DNA of 45,933 bases from the NCBI GenBank assembly GCA_964506035.1, contig CAZDLE010000001.1:109-46041 (forward strand), read 5' to 3'. Below the pieces are notes generated by a model that was not told the DNA's origin, made no database searches, and saw only the letters and a program-made list of their open reading frames with translations. The DNA is from an uncultured Oscillospiraceae bacterium. GTDB taxonomy: Bacteria > Bacillota > Clostridia > Christensenellales > CAG-314. The position numbers and the translations under genes were made by a program. This document shows positions 22,862 to 32,429 of the stretch, piece after piece (within the stretch, counting starts at the first letter, position 1; every line of letters starts with the position of its first letter).

Positions 22862-22890
22862 GCATACCAAAGGCAAACGGACAATAAACT
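22862..22890 (+). promoter_or_regulatory. Putative sigmaE-type promoter of spmAB
   Basis: GCATACC-14 nt-AATAAACT. spmAB is sigmaE-dependent in Bacillus subtilis. Confidence 0.45.
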
Positions 22891-22895
22891 ACCGT

Positions 22896-23468
22896 ATGAA
22901 TGCAATCTGGACGGCGGTGATTGTGACGTGTTTTGCCATAGTTACCGTAACAAATCCCAACAACGTGCTAACTTTGTGTGTACAAAGTGCAACGCAGGCA
23001 CTAAACTATTGTTTTCAACTTGTGGCAATCTACGCCCTTTGGCAGGGTGTTTTTTGTGTTGCCGAGCGGTGCAATCTTGTGGAAAAACTATCAAAACTGC
23101 TATCAAAACTTAACAATTTTTTGTACGGAAGGGTATCAGAGCAAGCAAACAACTATCTTGCGCTAAATATGGCAAGCAATCTTGTTGGAGTGGGCAACGC
23201 TGCAACGCCGTCGGCAATAAGGGCAATTCAACTTATGGAAAACAACGAAACCCTTTCGCGCGGGGGCGCAATGCTGTTTGTTATCAATGCATGCGGAATA
23301 CAACTTGTGCCCACCACGGTGATAGGTCTGCGCACAACCTTTCAATCACAAAACCCATCCGCCATTTTGTTGCCAACGCTAATTTGCACGATGGTATCCG
23401 TGATGGTTGGCGTGCTGTTGGTAAGCTTTGCCTATCCGCTAAAAAAATCGAAGGAAAAGGTTAAATGA
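22896..23468 (+). CDS. spmA: Spore maturation protein A
   Basis: NMASNLVGVGNAATP and QLVPTTVIGLR motifs. Overlaps spmB (ATGA). Confidence 0.92.
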   Translation: MNAIWTAVIVTCFAIVTVTNPNNVLTLCVQSATQALNYCFQLVAIYALWQGVFCVAERCNLVEKLSKLLSKLNNFLYGRVSEQANNYLALNMASNLVGVGNAATPSAIRAIQLMENNETLSRGGAMLFVINACGIQLVPTTVIGLRTTFQSQNPSAILLPTLICTMVSVMVGVLLVSFAYPLKKSKEKVK

Positions 23469-23968
23469 GCTACGTCGTTCCGCTGTTGATTGTTGCGTTG
23501 TTTGTGTACGCAACGGCAAAAAAGGTAAACGTGTACGACGGTTTTGTAGACGGTGCAAAACAATCGTTGCCAACTGCGGTGGGCGTGTTTCCCTATCTTT
23601 TTGCCACCTTTTTGATGGTAAACGCACTGTGCCAAAGCGGTTTAGACAAGGTGGTTGTCGATTTTGTATCACCGCCGTTTCAACTTATCGGCATACCAAA
23701 ACAAGTGTTAGAACTGTTGCTGATTCGTCCGTTTTCCGGCAGTGGCAGTTTGGCGATACTTTCTAACGTGTACCAAACCTACGGCGTAGACAGTTACGTG
23801 GGCAAATGCGCCTCGGTGATAATGGGCAGCAGCGAAACTGTGTTTTACGTTTCGGCGTTGTACTTTTCGCAAACCAAAGTAAAAAGTCTGGGGTGGTCGG
23901 TTCCCATCGCGTTGTTTTGCAACTTGCTCGGTGGCGTTTTGGCGTGTCTGCTTTGTAGGTGGACGTAG
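23465..23968 (+). CDS. spmB: Spore maturation protein B
   Basis: VNVYDGFVDGAK, RPFSGSGS, IMGSSETVFYV. Confidence 0.92.
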   Translation: MSYVVPLLIVALFVYATAKKVNVYDGFVDGAKQSLPTAVGVFPYLFATFLMVNALCQSGLDKVVVDFVSPPFQLIGIPKQVLELLLIRPFSGSGSLAILSNVYQTYGVDSYVGKCASVIMGSSETVFYVSALYFSQTKVKSLGWSVPIALFCNLLGGVLACLLCRWT

Positions 23969-24204
23969 TATTTTATAAGATTTTTAGCGCGTTTTTGATG
24001 TTAATTTGACATTTTATAACTTTTTTACCATCATTTTATAAGATTTTTGCCACTATTTGTAGGTCGATTGTAATTTGTGGATGTTGTAAAAGCCGACAAA
24101 GTTTTTGTAATTTTACCAAAATAATTTGTCATTTTGGCATTATCATAGTTGCGCCAACATTGTAAAGTTGAGTTTTTATCACGCAAAGATGCGTTGGAGT
24201 AGCT

Positions 24205-26466
24205 ATGAAAAAGCAAAAATTATCTACAAAAATCCTGTTGTTTTACGTTGCATACACTGCAATGGTAGTGTTGTCCGGCAACGTGTTCGACGGGCAATTT
24301 GCCTTTGGTTCCTTTGTGGGTGCGTTGTACGTGGGCAACCCGCTACTCGTTAGCCTTATCTACATTGCAAGTAGCGTCACGTTCGGCTTGTCCAGTTTGC
24401 TGCAATGTGGTATAAAAACCTGCGTTGTCTTGGCGTGCTGGGCAATACACTACTTTACCAAACGCAAAATCGGCAAGTTCAATCTGCTTTTGTACGTGAT
24501 GCTTGCCAACGTTTTTTATCTGGTGTACGGTTTTGTGGACTACGGCAACTTGCTCAACAAAATTCTGTACGCTACTTGCGGAGTTGCCTTTGCGTTTGTG
24601 TCGTTGTACGTATTTAGAGCGGTATTCGTTAGGGGACTAAACTACCCACCGCAAACGGGCGAGCGCATTTGCATTGCGATTTTTGGAATTGTTGCAATAT
24701 TTTGCCTATCAAAATTGACCTTCGCAACGCTGGAGGTGGTGTACTTTGTGTTGCCTTTTACGTTGTTGTTTGCCAACAGTTGTTTTGACGAAAAAACCAC
24801 TTGGACGGCAAGCGTCGTGTGCGGGCTGGGCAACTTGCTTGCCACGGGCAGTTTGCAAGGCATGGCGTTTTGTGTACTTTCCGCCTTGGCGATTGTTACC
24901 TTCGGCACCATTTCGAGGTATCTTTCGGCAATAGGAGTGGTGGTTGTGGACGTTGTTTTGAGCTACTTTTTGGGCTTGCACGGAAGTTTCTACGCACTGT
25001 TTTTCGCACCGACGTTAACGTCCACCCTTATTTTCGTGGTGATACCAACTTCCGTCTACAAAAAACTAAACGACAGTTTTTGTGGAAGTGTTACCCGATT
25101 TGCCACGCAAAGTTTGTCATCAAAACTCACGCAAGATCTAACGCGACGATTGTTCCGTCTGTCGGATATCTTTATGGCAATCAAAAACGCTTTTTATACG
25201 TTGTCGGTGGGTAACGTCTCAAGGGAGCAGGTTATGGGTTCCATGGTAAAGCAGTGTTCTCAAACGGTGTGTCAAAGTTGCCAAAACCGCGCATATTGCT
25301 GGCGTCAACACCTAACCGTCACCGAAAAGGCGCTTTTGCAACTGTCTCAAGTGGCACTTACCAACGGCAAATGTACCATTTTGGATATCCCACAAACCAT
25401 TTCCGCCAAGTGCGAAAGAGTGTCTATGCTAATTTCTCAAATCAACGACGTCGCCAATACCCACAAACAATTTGTGGAACAGTCGCAAGACCGTCTAAAC
25501 TGCAAATTGCTTGTTGCCGACCAAATGGCGGGCGTTTCCAACTTGCTGTTGCAACTTGCCACCGACTACAAAAGCAACGTTACTTTTGACCTTTCCTGCC
25601 AACGAGATATCAAAGAAAGCCTTATTTTCCACAACGTGATGTGTTCCGACGTGACTGTGGTAACGCAAGGCGGAATGTTACTGATTGTTGCAACCGTCGC
25701 CAAGGACGATTTGGACGAGCACGTAATCGAGCAGTGCGTAGGAATCGTGGTAAAACAGCCCATGGCGGTGCAAAAGGTAGAGCTTACGCAAAACTCTCGC
25801 TGGGTAAACGTATATCTGGGAGTAAAACCGCGGTTTTCCTTGTCCTTTGGCGTGGCAACAATTGCCAAATCGGGCAGTGAAATTTCCGCCGATACCCACG
25901 GGCAAATCACAACGGACAACGGCAAAAGTATCGTTACCCTTTGCGACGGCATGGGCAGTGGGCAAAAAGCCGAGCAAATGTCTACAACGGTGATTCAACT
26001 TGTGGAAAGTTTCTATCGCGCAGGGTTCGATTCCGACACGATTTTGTCCGCCGTAAACGGTTTGCTCACTCAAAGCGGAAACGAAATTTTTTGTGCCGTA
26101 GATATGGTTATCGTCGATTTGTACAATGGTTTTGCCGATTTTGTAAAACTGGGCGCGCCGGTGGGATTTGTCAAGTGCGAAAACGTCGTAGAGATGATTC
26201 GCGGTAGCAGTTTGCCGCTGGGCGTGCTGGAAGAAATGAAACCGTCCATCACCAAAAAGGCCCTTCGCAGTGGAGATATTATACTGCTTGTTAGCGACGG
26301 TGTTGCCGATTGCTACAAGGATGCAACCGTGTTTGCGGAAATATTCCACAACGTAACCTACACCGCGCCACAAAGCATTGCCGAAACCTTGCTTGCCAAA
26401 ACGCTAAAACAGTGCAACAACACCCCTCCCGACGATATGACCGTTATCGTTGCCAAAGTGGTGTAG
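24205..26466 (+). CDS. spoIIE: Stage II sporulation protein E (membrane PP2C phosphatase)
   Basis: About 10 N-terminal TM segments, a CxxCxxxxxCW central motif, and PP2C motifs CDGMGSG, SDGV and DDMTV. Confidence 0.92.
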   Translation: MKKQKLSTKILLFYVAYTAMVVLSGNVFDGQFAFGSFVGALYVGNPLLVSLIYIASSVTFGLSSLLQCGIKTCVVLACWAIHYFTKRKIGKFNLLLYVMLANVFYLVYGFVDYGNLLNKILYATCGVAFAFVSLYVFRAVFVRGLNYPPQTGERICIAIFGIVAIFCLSKLTFATLEVVYFVLPFTLLFANSCFDEKTTWTASVVCGLGNLLATGSLQGMAFCVLSALAIVTFGTISRYLSAIGVVVVDVVLSYFLGLHGSFYALFFAPTLTSTLIFVVIPTSVYKKLNDSFCGSVTRFATQSLSSKLTQDLTRRLFRLSDIFMAIKNAFYTLSVGNVSREQVMGSMVKQCSQTVCQSCQNRAYCWRQHLTVTEKALLQLSQVALTNGKCTILDIPQTISAKCERVSMLISQINDVANTHKQFVEQSQDRLNCKLLVADQMAGVSNLLLQLATDYKSNVTFDLSCQRDIKESLIFHNVMCSDVTVVTQGGMLLIVATVAKDDLDEHVIEQCVGIVVKQPMAVQKVELTQNSRWVNVYLGVKPRFSLSFGVATIAKSGSEISADTHGQITTDNGKSIVTLCDGMGSGQKAEQMSTTVIQLVESFYRAGFDSDTILSAVNGLLTQSGNEIFCAVDMVIVDLYNGFADFVKLGAPVGFVKCENVVEMIRGSSLPLGVLEEMKPSITKKALRSGDIILLVSDGVADCYKDATVFAEIFHNVTYTAPQSIAETLLAKTLKQCNNTPPDDMTVIVAKVV

Positions 26467-26570
26467 ATGTACAAAATTTTTAGTACGTATGTGCAAAATT
26501 GATACATTGTGTAATTTTTTGTGACAAAAAACGTGGGTGCAACGTATATTATGTTATCAAAGGAGATGTT

Positions 26571-27176
26571 GTGGACTACGTTTTGGAACCATCCGTCAAG
26601 GTGGGCAACAACGTAACAATCGAGCCGTTTGCCGTGGTAAAAGGCAACACAATTTTGGACGACGGTTGCGTTGTTGGCAGTTTTTGTTATCTGGTGGATG
26701 CCGTTATCGGCGCAAACACCGTTGTAAAATCGTCGCGAATCGAGTGCAGTCAAGTGGGTGCAAATTGCACCGTTGGACCTAACGCGCACTTGCGAAGCAA
26801 TTCCGTTGTGGGCAACAACTGTAGGGTGGGCAACTTTGTAGAAATCAAAAACAGTACCCTGTGTAACGGCGTAAAAGCCAGCCATCTTGCCTACGTTGGT
26901 GATGCCTTTGTGGGCGAAAACACAAACATTGGTTGCGGTGTTATTTTCGTTAACTACGACGGCAAACAAAAGCACAAAACCACCGTTGGCAAAAACTGTT
27001 TTATCGGGTGCAACACCAACTTGGTTGCTCCGCTAACGGTGGGCGACAACTGTTTTGTTGCCTGCGGTACCACGGTAGATAAGGATGTTCCTTGCGGAAG
27101 TTTTGGCATAGGTCGAAGCTATCTCGTGCTAAAGGAGGGCAGAGCAATCCGCTATCTTAAAAAACCCGCCGAGTAA
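26571..27176 (+). CDS. glmU: Stand-alone glucosamine-1-phosphate N-acetyltransferase (GlmU C-terminal left-handed beta-helix only)
   Basis: VGPNAHLR, GNFVEIKNS, KASHLAYVGDA, NIGCGVIFVNYDG, NLVAP motifs. GTG start at 26571 follows AAGGAG. No N-terminal nucleotidyltransferase domain. Confidence 0.85.
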   Translation: MDYVLEPSVKVGNNVTIEPFAVVKGNTILDDGCVVGSFCYLVDAVIGANTVVKSSRIECSQVGANCTVGPNAHLRSNSVVGNNCRVGNFVEIKNSTLCNGVKASHLAYVGDAFVGENTNIGCGVIFVNYDGKQKHKTTVGKNCFIGCNTNLVAPLTVGDNCFVACGTTVDKDVPCGSFGIGRSYLVLKEGRAIRYLKKPAE

Positions 27177-27187
27177 CGTTTTTTTTG

Positions 27188-27216
27188 TTGCCTACTGATG
27201 TAAAAAATGATACAAT
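27188..27216 (+). promoter_or_regulatory. sigmaA-type promoter
   Basis: TTGCCT-17 nt-TACAAT with extended TG. Confidence 0.55.
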
Positions 27217-27246
27217 GGTGCTATCAATCAAAAGGAAGTATCACCT

Positions 27247-27789
27247 ATGAAACTGATGATAGCAAGCGATATTCACGGCTCGGCGCACTTTTGCCAACAA
27301 CTTGTAGAGCGTTTTCACGACGAAAACCCCACAAAACTTGTGCTACTTGGCGATATTTTGTATCACGGACCACGCAACGCACTGCCACAGGGCTACGATC
27401 CGCAAACAGTTGCGCAAATGCTAAACGAAATTGCACAAAACGTCATTTGGGTGCAGGGTAACTGTGATGCCGATATCGACCAAATGTTGCTCAACTTCCC
27501 CGTTGCGCAAAATTCCATCCTTTTTGTGGACGGTCGCACAATTTTCGCCTCCCACGGACACGTTTTCAATATGCAAAATCCCCCCGCCTTGGCAAGTGGC
27601 GACGTTCTTCTCAACGGACATTTTCACGTGCCCACTGCGGAAGTTTTTGGCGACGACAACCTGTACGTAAACTGCGGTTCGGTGTCCATTCCCAAGCAAA
27701 ATTCGCCACATTGCTACCTTGTTTTACAAAATGGCACCTTCACTTGGAAAGATTTGCAAGGCAACCCCTTCAAAACGCACAAAATGTAG
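27247..27789 (+). CDS. yfcE: YfcE-family metallophosphodiesterase
   Basis: SDIHGS, LGDILYHGPRN, GNCD, SHGH, GSVSIPK. Confidence 0.9.
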   Translation: MKLMIASDIHGSAHFCQQLVERFHDENPTKLVLLGDILYHGPRNALPQGYDPQTVAQMLNEIAQNVIWVQGNCDADIDQMLLNFPVAQNSILFVDGRTIFASHGHVFNMQNPPALASGDVLLNGHFHVPTAEVFGDDNLYVNCGSVSIPKQNSPHCYLVLQNGTFTWKDLQGNPFKTHKM

Positions 27790-27925
27790 TTTTGTGTGGA
27801 CGATTTTAGATAAAACCCACAAAACCGAAACTTCCACCATTTTGAAATTTACAAATCGATTTTCGATATCGAGAATCAAAAAACTATATATTTTTATTAA
27901 ACTTGTATAATGCAATATGCCTATC

Positions 27926-27949
27926 GTAGGGCGGTGATCGCTTTTGCCG
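27926..27949 (+). repeat. Degenerate GTAG-type REP-like element
   Basis: GTAGGGCGGTGATCGCTTTTGCCG, similar to the copy at 45303. Confidence 0.4.
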
Positions 27950-28059
27950 ACATACAACCAGTGATGTTGCAACTTGTACTTGCTAAAAAATATAGAATGA
28001 GCACGTCTATGGTTTTATGGCGTTACAAACTGATTTTCAATACCAATATTTTTCAACAA

Positions 28060-28092
28060 AAAAATGCCTTGGATTTGTTCCAAAGCATTTTT
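28060..28092. terminator. Bidirectional terminator
   Basis: AAAAATGCCTTGGA-tttgt-TCCAAAGCATTTTT between convergent genes. Confidence 0.75.
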
Positions 28093-28337
28093 CTTTTTGT
28101 CGATTTTCAATCAAAAATCATTACGTTTTTTGCAAATTCATGCCGTAGTCGTGCAAACGCAATTTTTGTGCGATAACGCAGACGTTTGACTGTTGTTTTT
28201 ATCATCAATCGTATTTTAATTTGCGTTTTTTGCAACAAATCGTGCTGTAGTCGTGCGGTAAAGTGTACTTTTGCACAATTACCTAATTTACGTTTTTTTC
28301 ACAACGTATTGCATTTTTTGTGACATTTGCCAACAAA

Positions 28338-31058
28338 TTATTCCGCTGTGTTAAACGTGATTGTGATTGTTGCGCCAGTTGCCGTAACGCTATCAAAGCT
28401 GATATCAAAGTTTACCAACTTGCCGTCGTGACGGGTGTAGTTTGGTTGAATTTCGCTAAATACGTCGCCTGTTTGCCACAAATCCTCTGCCGACGCATAC
28501 GCTGTGCCATCGTACAAGTCACTTTCAAAATTCTCGTCGCCGTCCGCTTCCACAAGTTTGATTAGTGGATCTTTCGATACGGAGTTGTTGTTGTCGGTAA
28601 AGGATCCGTAGGTATTTTCGTTGTAAGGATTGTCGATTGTAGAGTCTACGTGGTAGATTCGTGCACCAAAGTTTGCACCGATGCGAGAGTCGCTGTCGTA
28701 GTAAAGCAAGCTGTTGTCTACACCTGCATGCAATGCGTTTAGTCCCGTTGCGGTGTACAAGTCGATAAGCAAATACTCGCTAAAATACGTGCCGTTGTAG
28801 TCCAACAAAACCATTATAAACTCTCCGCTGCTTTCAAACGAGCTGATTGTTATAGTGGTAGTGGATGTAATAACGGTGGGTTTTACCCAACCAAGCATAA
28901 GCTTGGAATACGGATTGTGGTCGCCAACGGTGTAGTCCATCATGTCAGCTCCGCCCAAACCTTGATTGCTACCCATGTCTTCGTTGTAGTCGTAGTAGTC
29001 GTCCAAGCCGAGCATGTGACCTGTTTCGTGGATGTAAGTCGATGCATTGAGTTTAAGTCCTGCAATAGGCGAATTGTAGTTATCTTCCTCGCTTGTTTCG
29101 ATACTTTCGTACATAAAGTCTACGCTTGCAAACAAGTATCTGTATGCATACAAACCATCATATTTGGTGTCGCTTTCAATGCCGTAAACGTATGCCCAGT
29201 AGTAATCTCCGTCGCCGTAGTCGATAGGTGCACTGTAAATAACGTAAACGCCATCGATATATCCATCGTTATCGTAGTCGTAGTTGGAAAAATCGAATCC
29301 GCGTGCATCCAACATATCTAATGCTAAGCTAACAATGTTGCCACCGTCGGATTGTTGATCTTCGTAGTAACTGTAATTGTTCGGAAGCGTTATTTTGTCA
29401 GTAATGTCAAACGTCATTGTTAACTTACCGTAAGATGATGCGTTGTAGTAACTTGAAACGCTTTCCCAACCGGTGTTGGCTTTGTTGTTGAACACGCTTT
29501 CAAGGTCGATCAATTCTTTGGCATCAAACTTGTCGTCGGAAAATTCTACGGGGATAACTAAAACGTTGTACTTGCCTTGCGAACTCAGTCCGTCCGAAAC
29601 AGCTTCGCCATATTCTTGTTTGTTGTAATTTTTTATTGCATCAAACAAAATGTCATCGTAATCTTCGTGATTGCTTGCGTCGTAAGATTGGCTGGGCATT
29701 GTTTCCGTTGGTGTGGAACCTGCTCCCGTTGCGGAAAGAGTGATAGATTGAATGTACGTAGATCCAATTCCGTTTCCGCTGGATACAGAAGGCACAATTT
29801 CAATTGTTACCGTTCCGCTAACTGCCGTAGTAGTGCTAAAGGTAAATGCGCTGTTCTCGACGCTTACAAAAGTAGCCCCATCTTTGCCATCGCACGTAAA
29901 CACAGTGCCGCCAACTTTTACTTTTATTGTGGAACTCTTACTTTTGTTTTCAGAAACAACCACGGTAACAGAAGCAACGTTGTTTACGGTTGTTGTGGAT
30001 GTTAGCGTAACGTTTCCGTTCGTTTTATTGAAGAAAATACCACGATCTTTGCCGGAACTGTCCCAACCATTGGCAATGCTACTTGCAGTAAATGCAACGT
30101 CGCCCGTGCTGTTGAGTGTTGTGGAGCCTGTGGAATCTTGGAATGTAACAACGATATCTTTTTGAGTTTCGCTACCTGTAGAATCACCGCCAGTAGAATC
30201 ACCGCCAGTTGTGTCTCCACCAGTGCTTCCACCGGTCGAATCTCCACCAGTCGAATCTCCACCAGTTGTGTCTCCTCCGGTCGAACCGCCTGTGGTCGTA
30301 AATACTTCGATGGACAAAATGCGTACTTGGCTTGCAACCGATGCGGAAACAAACTTGTCTGTTGTGCTTTCAAACGTGATTGTTACAACCGTTCCCTCAC
30401 GTGTGATGGTTGCTCCGTTAACGGTCATATCGTCAAAACCGGAGTAGTAGGTGGAACCGCCCGATTCATGGTCGTCACAGTTGATAACGATTTTTGTCAT
30501 CTTGGGGTATTCAACCGTTACAGTTGCACCCTTGTAAACACGTGCAGCGTAGCCTTCGGCAGTTTTATCTATAAGGTCGCTTGAAGCAGCTGCCTTGTCG
30601 ATAATAACCTTCAAATTGCCTTTGGCAAATGCAAGCTTATCGGCAGAAGCGCTAACTTTGTTGTCGGCAGAGGTAAGGTCGATTGTTTCGTGTGTGCCTA
30701 CAGAATCCCCACCAGTACTTCCACCGGTCGAATCACCACCGGTCGAACTTCCTGCTTTAACGGAAATGACGATAGACGTTGTAACGTTTTGATAGGTGCA
30801 GGTAACAACAAACATACCTTCCTTTGTCAAATCCGCATCGGGTGCGCTAATCATTGCGTCAGTCACAGCAACGGTGGAACCATCCGAACCGGTAATTGTA
30901 AAGTAGGTTTTGTAGTCTACCGTATCACCAACGGTTACTGTGTAGGTCTCTTTTTCGCTGGTGATGGTGTACGTTGTTAGCGTTGGAATCAAATCGCACG
31001 CGGTAAATACGCACGCAACACACAACAACATCAGCAATACGATGGCTAATTTTTTCAT
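28338..31058 (-). CDS. Multidomain lipoprotein zinc metalloprotease (M6/immune inhibitor A-like catalytic domain)
   Basis: Lipobox VFTAC, Ig-like N-terminal domain, two beta-rich domains with GGDST linkers, then VLVIPVEF, SVSSYYNASSYG, YDYDNDGYID and HETGHMLGLDD (HExxHxxGxxD). Confidence 0.88.
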   Translation of the reverse strand: MKKLAIVLLMLLCVACVFTACDLIPTLTTYTITSEKETYTVTVGDTVDYKTYFTITGSDGSTVAVTDAMISAPDADLTKEGMFVVTCTYQNVTTSIVISVKAGSSTGGDSTGGSTGGDSVGTHETIDLTSADNKVSASADKLAFAKGNLKVIIDKAAASSDLIDKTAEGYAARVYKGATVTVEYPKMTKIVINCDDHESGGSTYYSGFDDMTVNGATITREGTVVTITFESTTDKFVSASVASQVRILSIEVFTTTGGSTGGDTTGGDSTGGDSTGGSTGGDTTGGDSTGGDSTGSETQKDIVVTFQDSTGSTTLNSTGDVAFTASSIANGWDSSGKDRGIFFNKTNGNVTLTSTTTVNNVASVTVVVSENKSKSSTIKVKVGGTVFTCDGKDGATFVSVENSAFTFSTTTAVSGTVTIEIVPSVSSGNGIGSTYIQSITLSATGAGSTPTETMPSQSYDASNHEDYDDILFDAIKNYNKQEYGEAVSDGLSSQGKYNVLVIPVEFSDDKFDAKELIDLESVFNNKANTGWESVSSYYNASSYGKLTMTFDITDKITLPNNYSYYEDQQSDGGNIVSLALDMLDARGFDFSNYDYDNDGYIDGVYVIYSAPIDYGDGDYYWAYVYGIESDTKYDGLYAYRYLFASVDFMYESIETSEEDNYNSPIAGLKLNASTYIHETGHMLGLDDYYDYNEDMGSNQGLGGADMMDYTVGDHNPYSKLMLGWVKPTVITSTTTITISSFESSGEFIMVLLDYNGTYFSEYLLIDLYTATGLNALHAGVDNSLLYYDSDSRIGANFGARIYHVDSTIDNPYNENTYGSFTDNNNSVSKDPLIKLVEADGDENFESDLYDGTAYASAEDLWQTGDVFSEIQPNYTRHDGKLVNFDISFDSVTATGATITITFNTAE
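30172..30297 (-). repeat. Intragenic 12-15 bp repeats encoding a (GGDST/GGDTT/GGST)n linker; shorter copy at about 30702-30752
   Basis: Visible in both DNA and translation, with synonymous variation between units. Confidence 0.9.
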
Positions 31059-31186
31059 TTGTTACACTCCTTTGATTTGTCGGGATGCTCAAAAACACGT
31101 TTTTGTGGCGCAGACGTGGCAAAAATCTGTTTTGACGTCTACGCAACGCATCTTTTGTGCAAACCCGCAAGATAAATCCACAAACT

Positions 31187-31215
31187 ATTATACTGTAAAA
31201 TTTTTTTGATGTCAA
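31187..31215 (-). promoter_or_regulatory. Consensus sigmaA promoter of the metalloprotease gene
   Basis: Minus strand TTGACA-17 nt-TATAAT, a perfect match. Confidence 0.85.
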
Positions 31216-31340
31216 TAATTAGCAAAAACATTGATATTGATACTTTAGTATCAAAATATAGAATTTTGTCTATGCTTGCAAATTTTTGCGACGGCTCAAC
31301 GTGCCCATTTTTGCCCATTTTTGCAAATTTGTCATTTTGC

Positions 31341-31369
31341 TTGAATAATTGTCAAAATTGATGTATAAT
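31341..31369 (+). promoter_or_regulatory. sigmaA-type promoter upstream of the riboswitch
   Basis: TTGAAT-17 nt-TATAAT. Confidence 0.7.
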
Positions 31370-31380
31370 ATCTTTAACCA

Positions 31381-31520
31381 AATAGCTTGCAGGTTGCGTG
31401 AAATAATCGCATTTGTGGGGGAACAATGTGCAAATCATTGACAGTCCCGCTACGGTAAGGCACAGCCAAGTCCGAATGCCCAACTGCAACGGTTTTCGAG
31501 TGGTCTTCGATGCAAAGATT
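31381..31520 (+). ncRNA. Cobalamin riboswitch (compact type)
   Basis: Conserved elements GGGAA-caatg-TGCAAAT-cattg-ACAGTCCCGCTACGGTAA and a B12-box-like AAGTCCGAATGCC, with closing helix TTGCAG/CTGCAA. Lies upstream of cobalamin-transport-like genes. Confidence 0.88.
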
Positions 31521-31531
31521 CAACTCTTTTT

Positions 31532-31573
31532 TGCCACGCAAAATTGACGGTTTCTTTGCGGTGGCATTTTTTT
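31532..31573 (+). terminator. Riboswitch expression-platform terminator
   Basis: TGCCACGCAAA...TTTGCGGTGGCA followed by T7. Confidence 0.75.
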
Positions 31574-31871
31574 ATTTTGCCATCTCAAAGTTGCTTGTTT
31601 GCACGTTTTTGTGACGATTTGTGATAAAATTTGCAATACTCCAATGCAGTTTGCTACAACAAGCGTAACTCACCACTAACGTGCAGATTTGTTATAATGG
31701 ACGTGATCAATCCTTTGAAAATTCGTGCAAATTACGTCGCAAAAGGACGTTGCAAAACAAAAAAACGTATGCCGTATCGAAACAATCGGCGTTGCGTTGC
31801 AAATCGTGTTGACCTTGCCGTTAAGGATTGCCCCAAAACCTTTGGTAAAATATTAACAGAGAGGTAAAAAC

Positions 31872-32369
31872 ATGAAACTCACAAAAAGACTTTTAACACT
31901 TGTCTTGGCGTTAGTACTTGTTTTCTCCGTTTTTACACTGGTAGCTTGCGCGGACAAGCCAACAGTTCAAGAGGTTACTGGTCTAACTTTGCCTACTTTA
32001 GCAGATAATCAAGTTGCGGTAATCATCAAAAACGGCGAAAATAACTACACCAACTACGTTGCACCCATCAACGACGAAATGAAAAATGTCGAAGACGTTT
32101 TGAATTATCTTGCAGAAGAAATAGATTTATATCTTGATTGGCAAGATACTGAATATGGCAAATTTCTTAACGGAATTGGCGGTGCAATACCAAAGCAAAC
32201 TAACGAATTTGTTTCCTTCTACACAAGCGTTGATGCCGACAAAGGCAATTGGGCAGGCGTTACCGGTTACACCATTGGCGACGTAGAAATCGTATCTGCA
32301 CAAGTGGGAGTATCTTCCGCCAAAGTGGAAAGCGGTGCTGTTTACTACTTTGAAATAGACGCTTTTTAA
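31872..32369 (+). CDS. Lipoprotein, probable cobalamin-binding (DUF4430-like)
   Basis: Lipobox LVAC and a YGKFLNGIGG motif resembling DUF4430. First gene under the riboswitch. Confidence 0.65.
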   Translation: MKLTKRLLTLVLALVLVFSVFTLVACADKPTVQEVTGLTLPTLADNQVAVIIKNGENNYTNYVAPINDEMKNVEDVLNYLAEEIDLYLDWQDTEYGKFLNGIGGAIPKQTNEFVSFYTSVDADKGNWAGVTGYTIGDVEIVSAQVGVSSAKVESGAVYYFEIDAF

Positions 32370-32429
32370 TTACACCAAACTACCCGTTAACGGCAACAAA
32401 AACGGTAGTTAAACTGCACTTTTCGTAAA

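Noticed and set aside
23969-24204. Spo0A boxes upstream of spoIIE
   Set aside because: Only mismatched candidates (TTTGACA, TTTGCCA) in AT-rich DNA. Expected biologically but not supportable from sequence.
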